Positions 58,286 through 64,000 of a stretch of DNA of 64,000 nucleotides are shown piece by piece (the stretch's first letter is position 1; each line of letters starts with the position of its first letter). Position numbers and translations under genes: made by a program. This stretch comes from an uncultured Gemmatimonadaceae bacterium (GTDB lineage: Bacteria > Gemmatimonadota > Gemmatimonadetes > Gemmatimonadales > Gemmatimonadaceae), in contig CAVUDW010000002.1 of the NCBI GenBank assembly GCA_963740355.1, positions 2,240,001 through 2,304,000 of the forward strand, written 5' to 3'. A model generated the notes under the pieces. That model saw only the letters and a program-made list of their open reading frames with translations. It had not been told where the DNA came from and ran no database searches.

Positions 58286-59936
58286 TCTCGAAATTGCGCA
58301 GTCCGTGACGTTGCGGCCAATCCGTGATGTCGCGGCGGAGCTGGGACTGCACGAAGACGAAATCGATCTCTACGGTCGGTACAAGGCCAAGCTCCCACTC
58401 TCGATCGCAGAACGGCCAGTGCGCGGCAAGCTCGTATTGGTGACGGCCATCCACCCTACGGCAGCAGGAGAAGGGAAGACGACCACTTCGGTGGGGCTGG
58501 CGCAGGCGCTGCGGCGTCTGGGGACCAACGTCGTGCTCTGCCTCCGTGAACCCAGCCTCGGTCCCGTCTTTGGCGTCAAGGGCGGTGCCGCAGGCGGTGG
58601 TTACGCACAGGTGTTGCCGATGGAGGACATCAACCTCCACTTCACCGGCGATTTCCACGCGATCGCGAGTGCGCACGCACTGCTGTCGGCCATGCTCGAC
58701 AATCACCTGCAGCAAGGCAATGCGCTCAACATCGATCCGCGCCGCATTACCTGGCCGCGCACGATCGACATGAACGATCGCGCGCTCCGGAAGTGCCTGA
58801 TCGGACTTGGCGGCGCCACCAACGGCGTGCCGCGCGAGGAACGATTCGTGATCGTCCCCGCGAGCGAGGTGATGGCGATCGTCGCCCTCGCCAGCGGCCT
58901 TGAGGACCTGCAGGCCCGCCTGACGCGAATCGTCATTGGAAGTTCGTACGACGGCAGCTTCGTGACCGCGGGAGAATTGGGCGCCGCCGGTGCGATGGCG
59001 CTGCTCCTGCGCGACGCGCTGCGACCGAACCTGGTGCAAACGGCGGAAGGCGGACCGGCGCTCGTGCATTGCGGTCCCTTCGCCAACATCGCGCATGGCT
59101 GCAATTCACTGATGGCGACGCGTTCGGCGTTGGCGCTTGGTGATGTCGTCGTGACCGAGGCTGGATTTGGGTCCGATCTCGGTGCGGAGAAGTTCTTCGA
59201 CATCAAGGCGCGCGTGGGCGGACTGACGCCTGCCGTGGCAGTGATCGTCGCCACGGTCCGTGCGCTCAAGCTGCACGGAGGCGCGTCGAAGGCCTCGCTC
59301 GCAACGCCGGATGTCGACGCGGTGCTCGGTGGCCTGGCGAATCTCGAGCGACACATCGCCAACGTGCGCCAGTTCGGTGTGCCGGTGGTCGTGACGCTGA
59401 ATCGCTTCAGCTCCGACAGCGATGCAGAACTCGATGCCGTCCTGCGCGCCGTCGAGCGATCTGGCGCGCGCGGCACGCTCTGCGGAGTGTGGGCGAAGGG
59501 TGGTGCCGGCGGCGAGGCGTTGGCCCGGGAAGTGCTCGATGTGATCGCCAACGAGCCGTCGGGGTATGCGCCGCTGTACGACGTCTCGCGTGGCATCCGG
59601 GAGAAGATCGGGACCATCGTCTCCCGCGTGTACGGCGGCGATGGCGTCGACTTCTCGCCCCGCGCCGAGCGCGCCATTCGGGAACTCGAGCGACAGGGAT
59701 TGGGTGGAACACCGGTCTGCATTGCCAAGACCCAGTCGTCATTCAGCGACAATCCGACGCTCCTCGGTGCGCCGCACGGCTTCCGTGTACAGATTTCAGA
59801 GGTCTATCCGGCAGCCGGCGCAGGGTTTGTCGTGGCTCAGGCCGGTGATATCATGACCATGCCGGGGCTGCCTGCCGTGCCCGCCGCGGCGCGAATCGGT
59901 GTCGATGGCGCAGGTCGTGCCATTGGATTGTTCTAG
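58275..59936 (+). CDS. fhs: Formate--tetrahydrofolate ligase
   Basis: 'PTAAGEGKTT', 'REPSLGPVFGVKGGAAGGG', 'GPFANIAHGCNS', 'IMTMPGLP'. Confidence 0.97.
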   Translation: MLTDLEIAQSVTLRPIRDVAAELGLHEDEIDLYGRYKAKLPLSIAERPVRGKLVLVTAIHPTAAGEGKTTTSVGLAQALRRLGTNVVLCLREPSLGPVFGVKGGAAGGGYAQVLPMEDINLHFTGDFHAIASAHALLSAMLDNHLQQGNALNIDPRRITWPRTIDMNDRALRKCLIGLGGATNGVPREERFVIVPASEVMAIVALASGLEDLQARLTRIVIGSSYDGSFVTAGELGAAGAMALLLRDALRPNLVQTAEGGPALVHCGPFANIAHGCNSLMATRSALALGDVVVTEAGFGSDLGAEKFFDIKARVGGLTPAVAVIVATVRALKLHGGASKASLATPDVDAVLGGLANLERHIANVRQFGVPVVVTLNRFSSDSDAELDAVLRAVERSGARGTLCGVWAKGGAGGEALAREVLDVIANEPSGYAPLYDVSRGIREKIGTIVSRVYGGDGVDFSPRAERAIRELERQGLGGTPVCIAKTQSSFSDNPTLLGAPHGFRVQISEVYPAAGAGFVVAQAGDIMTMPGLPAVPAAARIGVDGAGRAIGLF

Positions 59937-59960
59937 CGCTCCATTCTTCGAGGATTCGTC

Positions 59961-60350
59961 GTGTCCAAGCGTGTGATCAGCACTCCCAAGGCGCCTGCCG
60001 CCATCGGCCCGTACTCGCAGGCAATCGCGGTCGACAACCTGCTCTTCACGGCAGGACAGATTGCCCTCGACCCCGCCACCATGACGGTGGTCTCGGGCGA
60101 CGTCTCGGCGCAGACGGAACAGGTGATGAAGAACCTCGCCGAAATCTGCGCCGCCGCCGGCGCGACACTGCAGGACGTGGTCAAGACGACCGTCTTCCTG
60201 CAGGAAATGAGCGACTTCCAGGCGATGAACGAAGTCTACGCGCGCCATTTCGGCGAGAATCGTCCAGCCCGCAGCACGGTGGCGGTGCGTGGGCTGCCGC
60301 GGAACGTGCGCGTCGAGATTGAAGCGATCGTTCGCCTGCCGAACGCCTGA
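59961..60350 (+). CDS. ridA: RidA/YjgF family deaminase
   Basis: 'APAAIGPYSQA', 'AGQI', 'PARSTV..LP..VEIEA'. Confidence 0.95.
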   Translation: MSKRVISTPKAPAAIGPYSQAIAVDNLLFTAGQIALDPATMTVVSGDVSAQTEQVMKNLAEICAAAGATLQDVVKTTVFLQEMSDFQAMNEVYARHFGENRPARSTVAVRGLPRNVRVEIEAIVRLPNA

Positions 60351-60983
60351 GTGATCGTGCGCGCTGCAGTTCGCGGGCAATTCATCGCTCGATTTCTGCC
60401 GCGCGCACTGCTCGCGTCGGCCCTCCTCGTCACTTCGGCCACTGCTGCCACCGCGCAGCAGGTGACGCCGGCCGGTGCGCGACGCGACACGGTGAAGGTC
60501 GATACGACGCCGAAACGTCCGGCTCGTCGACTGCCGAACAGCATCCCTGATTCGCTGCTACGACCGCCGATCACGCCCAAGGCGGCGTTCCTGCATTCGC
60601 TGCTGCTGCCTGGCTGGGGACAGAGCGCGCTTCGTCGCAACACGGCCGCGACAGTCTTCGCCGGGGCGGAGATCGGCGCGATCTACATGGTGGCCAAGTC
60701 ACGCGCCGACCTGCGTCAGGCCAAGGCATTGCGGGGGCTCGATTCGATCGCCGTCGGAGATCCAACGCTCGGACAGCCTGTCACCAAGGTGCCCGCCGTC
60801 ACCGAGCAGCTGATCAATGCGCGCAAGCTGCATCTCGAGGATTGGCTCGCAGCGTGGATCTTCAATCACCTGCTGTCGGGGGCCGACGCCTATGTGGCCG
60901 CCAACCTGTGGGACCTTCCAGCGCGGGTGTCGATCCGGCATACGCCAGCCGGTACAGGTATCGGCGCGCAGATCCGCTGGTGA
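60351..60983 (+). CDS. DUF5683-like membrane/secreted protein
   Basis: Signal peptide, 'PKAAFLHSLLLPGWGQ', 'DAYVAANL'. Confidence 0.75.
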   Translation: MIVRAAVRGQFIARFLPRALLASALLVTSATAATAQQVTPAGARRDTVKVDTTPKRPARRLPNSIPDSLLRPPITPKAAFLHSLLLPGWGQSALRRNTAATVFAGAEIGAIYMVAKSRADLRQAKALRGLDSIAVGDPTLGQPVTKVPAVTEQLINARKLHLEDWLAAWIFNHLLSGADAYVAANLWDLPARVSIRHTPAGTGIGAQIRW

Positions 60984-61783
60984 ACGACGCCCCGATCGGA
61001 GTTTTCGACTCAGGGATTGGTGGGCTCACGGTCGTCTCTGCGATCCTGCGTGCGCTTCCGCGTGAGCGCGTGATCTACGTCGGTGACACCGCGCGCGTTC
61101 CGTACGGGCCGAAGAGCCCTGAGACAGTGGTGCGCTACAGCCGACAGATCGCATCATGGCTGCTCGAGCAGCGCGTGAAGGCGATCGTGATCGCCTGTAA
61201 CACGGCCACCGCGCACGCACTCGATGTGTTGCAGCGCGAATGTCCCGTGCCAGTCATAGGCGTCGTGCAGCCGGGTGCGCGCGCTGCCGTGAAAGCGACA
61301 CGCAACGGCCACATCGGGGTCATCGGTACCAGCGGAACGATCAATTCCGGTGCCTACCATCGCGCAATCGCGAGCCTCTCTGCCGACGCCATCGTCACTG
61401 GTACCGCGTGCCCGTTGTTCGTCCCGCTGGTCGAGGAAGGCTGGGTGGACCACGCAGCCACACGCCTCATTGCCGAGACGTATCTCGCCCCAATGCGACT
61501 CGCCCACGTCGATACACTCGTTCTCGGCTGCACGCACTACCCACTGCTCGCGCCGATTATCGGTGACGTGATCGGGAGGGACGTCACGCTCGTCGACTCC
61601 GCCGCCGAGACGGCTGCGGCACTGCGTGATGTGCTGCGGGAACGCGGCCTCGAGGCGTCAGAGGCCGTCGGCGAGCCGGTGCACCGATTCGTCGCCACCG
61701 ACGCGCCCGATGCCTTCCGACGTGTCGGCCAGCGCTTCATCGGTCCGGTGCTCGACAAAGTCGAGACGACGGTCTTCGCCTGA
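60980..61783 (+). CDS. murI: Glutamate racemase
   Basis: 'IGVFDSGIGGLTV', 'PYGPKS', 'IACNTA', 'LGCTHYP'. Confidence 0.97.
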   Translation: MNDAPIGVFDSGIGGLTVVSAILRALPRERVIYVGDTARVPYGPKSPETVVRYSRQIASWLLEQRVKAIVIACNTATAHALDVLQRECPVPVIGVVQPGARAAVKATRNGHIGVIGTSGTINSGAYHRAIASLSADAIVTGTACPLFVPLVEEGWVDHAATRLIAETYLAPMRLAHVDTLVLGCTHYPLLAPIIGDVIGRDVTLVDSAAETAAALRDVLRERGLEASEAVGEPVHRFVATDAPDAFRRVGQRFIGPVLDKVETTVFA

Positions 61784-62503
61784 GTCGAGTGGCTCGAGCA
61801 GCTCGACGCGACGCTCCGTAAATCGCAGATAGCGTGGCACGTCACCCCAGCCGCCGGGGTTCGCATACACACCACCATTCGGTGCTCGTGTCAGCCCCGC
61901 CACGTGCGAATGCCCGAAGACGACCGCATTCGGGCCGCCTGGCGCCGCGATGCGGGCCAGCGCCACATCGCGCAGCCCGATGCCATTGTCCTCGGCGCTG
62001 TGCACTCGACTTGCTTCCGACGTCCCGAGCGCCAGGCGAGTACCGAAATCCGGATGCACCAGCTTGAAGGCCCAGACCGACAGTGGATGACGTAAGATTG
62101 GACGCACGCGCAGGTAGCCCCGGTCGGCATCGCCGCGCAATCCATCGCCATGCTCCACTTCGAGATCCCACGTGCCGAACTGCAGGCGAAGCGGTGTCGT
62201 CTGGTATGTCACACCGACCTCTCGACGCAGCACGTCGCCGCCCCAGCAATCATGGTTTCCGGCGATCCAGACGATCGGCATCCCCGATGCGCGAAGCTCC
62301 GCCAGCGCGCCGAGCACGGGCAGTGCGAACGACGGAATCGAGCGACGCCACTCGAACCAGAAGTCGAGGATGTCGCCATTCAGCACCAGCGATCCAGGCT
62401 GGCCGCGCAACCGGCGCATGAACCGGAGCAGGGCATCCGTCGTCGCAGCTGGGGCTGCGCCAACATGGGCGTCGGACAGCAGGTGGAGGGGAAGTGGCAG
62501 CAC
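61658..62503 (-). CDS. LpxH-like calcineurin-type metallophosphoesterase (UDP-2,3-diacylglucosamine diphosphatase family)
   Basis: 'SDAH', 'GDILDFWFE', 'GNHD', 'HGD', 'GHSH'. Confidence 0.88.
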   Translation of the reverse strand: MLPLPLHLLSDAHVGAAPAATTDALLRFMRRLRGQPGSLVLNGDILDFWFEWRRSIPSFALPVLGALAELRASGMPIVWIAGNHDCWGGDVLRREVGVTYQTTPLRLQFGTWDLEVEHGDGLRGDADRGYLRVRPILRHPLSVWAFKLVHPDFGTRLALGTSEASRVHSAEDNGIGLRDVALARIAAPGGPNAVVFGHSHVAGLTRAPNGGVYANPGGWGDVPRYLRFTERRVELLEPLDSGEDRRLDFVEHRTDEALADTSEGIGRVGGDESVHRLADGL

Positions 62504-62531
62504 GAGCGGAGATTAGTCCGTTCAGCACGCT

Positions 62532-62561
62532 TTGACAAAAGGGAACGCGACCGACCAACTT
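62532..62561 (+). promoter_or_regulatory. Putative promoter of the thioesterase operon
   Basis: TTGACA-18 bp-CAACTT. Confidence 0.45.
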
Positions 62562-62598
62562 CGCGCGTCCTGCAAACCACTCCCGCCACTGCCACCAC

Positions 62599-63024
62599 GT
62601 GACTTCCGTCGTCCCCAATCGAACCTGCGATCTCGAACTCCGCGTGCGATACGCCGAGACGGACCAGATGGGTGTGGTCTACCATTCCAACTATCTGATC
62701 TGGTGTGAGGTCGGACGCACGGAGCTGATCCGCCGCATGGGACGGTCATACGCCGAGATCGAAAAGCTCGGCGTCGGTCTGGCGGTGTCTGAGGCTGCGC
62801 TCCGCTACCACGCGCCGGCGCGATACGACGACCGCATCTGCGTCACCACCACGCTCAGCGACGTCCGGTCTCGCTCGATGACGTTCGAATACCTGATCAC
62901 GAATGCCGACACCGGCGTTCGCCTCGTCTCGGCCAGTACGACACTGATCGGCCTCGATCGCGATGGCAGGATTGCCCGCCTGCCACAGGCACTCCGCGAT
63001 GCGCTGGACTTGAACAATGCGTAA
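62599..63024 (+). CDS. YbgC/FadM-family acyl-CoA thioesterase
   Basis: 'RVRYAETDQMGVVYHSNYL...EVGR', 'PARYDD'. Confidence 0.93.
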   Translation: MTSVVPNRTCDLELRVRYAETDQMGVVYHSNYLIWCEVGRTELIRRMGRSYAEIEKLGVGLAVSEAALRYHAPARYDDRICVTTTLSDVRSRSMTFEYLITNADTGVRLVSASTTLIGLDRDGRIARLPQALRDALDLNNA

Positions 63025-64000
63025 CCGGTGCGGACGTCGTCTGTCGTTCGCGGTCGCGGGGACTGCGATGTGCTTCCTCGCGGCCTCGCCGTCGAGCGCG
63101 CAGTCGCGTGGTCTCGATTCACGCGCAGTCCGCACCTGGGCGGCGTTGCTGGCCGCGCACGATGCGCGCGTGCCAGACACGACATCCATCGACAGCGCGT
63201 TGACATCCCCTGTCGTACAGTTGCGCGCCGCCGGCGTTCGAGTGATCGGCCTCAATCGCGTCGCAGCGCGGTACGACGCTGCGCGTTCACTGTTGCGCAC
63301 GAGCGGTGACACGGCAGTGCGACGCGATGCGGCCTTTGCGCTTGGGCTGGCAACCGATACGGTGAGCTGTGGCGCATTGGGCGAGTCGCTCGCTGATCCG
63401 ATGACGGGTGTTGCGGCAGCATGGGCACTGGGAGAGATGGGCGCGCAGTGTGGATCCTTCGCCTCTCTATTCGAGCGCGCGCGCGGCCCTCGCGTTCGCG
63501 CTGCGCTGCTTCGAGTGGCCCTGAAGTGGATGCCCTTTCCAGACTCCGTCGTCGGTGCCGCGTACCGTCGTGCGACGAGCAACGACGAACGCTGGGCGGC
63601 GCTGTATGCCTTCGCGCGCACGCGGCGCGAGGCAGGGGGCGGCGTGGCACTCGGCGCGTCGCGCAGTCCTCTTGCGCCCATCCGCGAGGTTGCAGCGCGG
63701 TTGCTGGCCGTGACGACCGCTCCGCACGTGGATTCCGCCGCCGCTGTTGCGCGATTGATGGCGCTGCTTCGCGATCCCAGTGCACACGTGCGTATCGCGG
63801 CGGTGCGGTCCCTCGCCTCATATCGTGAGCTCGCCCTGTTGCCGCTGCAGCGGGCGTGGAAGCTCGAGCGCGACGCCAACGTCCGTGTGACCATGGTCGA
63901 AGCGCTCGCCACTACGGCGAGTGACACCGCGACAGTGTGGGGCGCGTGGTGGCTGTCGGACAGCACGCACATGGTGCGGCGCACCCTGATCGGCAGCGCG
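63017..64000 (+). CDS. Secreted HEAT-repeat protein, 3'-partial (not in the ORF track because it has no stop in the window)
   Basis: From ATG 63017: MRNRCGRRLSFAVAGTAMCFLAASPSSAQ..., 'VRRDAAFALG', 'AAAWALGEMG', 'HVRIAAVRSL'. Confidence 0.8.
   Translation, partial: MRNRCGRRLSFAVAGTAMCFLAASPSSAQSRGLDSRAVRTWAALLAAHDARVPDTTSIDSALTSPVVQLRAAGVRVIGLNRVAARYDAARSLLRTSGDTAVRRDAAFALGLATDTVSCGALGESLADPMTGVAAAWALGEMGAQCGSFASLFERARGPRVRAALLRVALKWMPFPDSVVGAAYRRATSNDERWAALYAFARTRREAGGGVALGASRSPLAPIREVAARLLAVTTAPHVDSAAAVARLMALLRDPSAHVRIAAVRSLASYRELALLPLQRAWKLERDANVRVTMVEALATTASDTATVWGAWWLSDSTHMVRRTLIGSA

Noticed and set aside
58275..59936. fhs as evidence of acetogenesis
   Set aside because: Fhs is widespread in C1/folate metabolism, and no other Wood-Ljungdahl genes are in the window.
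62746..63984. 412-aa minus-strand ORF
   Set aside because: Shadow of the + strand HEAT-repeat gene that starts at 63017 and runs off the window.

Overview
A high-GC, gene-dense window that is mostly core genome. Gene order and protein types suggest a Gemmatimonadota-like bacterium (inference). From left to right: a 5'-partial hypothetical protein, a TonB-dependent receptor, a glycerophosphodiesterase, pyrR-pyrB-pyrC plus a class II aldolase and a coiled-coil/Zn-ribbon protein, rpsT, scpA-scpB-rluB, a MoxR/DUF58/vWA 'Bat' cluster (moxR frameshifted near 14083), mutL-miaA-bshA, an M66-like metalloprotease lipoprotein, uppP-birA-coaX, CIRCE-groES-groEL, a minus-strand roadblock/sugar-nucleotidyltransferase cluster, lipoprotein-serS-kinase-pcrA-gatCAB, a minus-strand polyacidic membrane protein plus secreted Zn-PLC/P1-nuclease-fold pair, murA (Cys->Asp type)-pgeF, rimP-nusA-L7Ae-infB-rbfA-truB-ribF, secDF, tatD, fhs, ridA, murI, an LpxH-like phosphoesterase, a thioesterase and a 3'-partial HEAT-repeat protein. 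I saw no tRNA, rRNA, CRISPR array or mobile element. The best candidate for an undescribed system is the coupled polyacidic-protein/Zn-hydrolase pair at 43158-45088, and that interpretation is speculative. Other notable points are a recurring -10 variant (YANCTT) with several apparently leaderless genes, probable CTG start codons, a MutL Zn-motif variant, and structured non-coding leaders. All family assignments come from motif recognition, not database searches.
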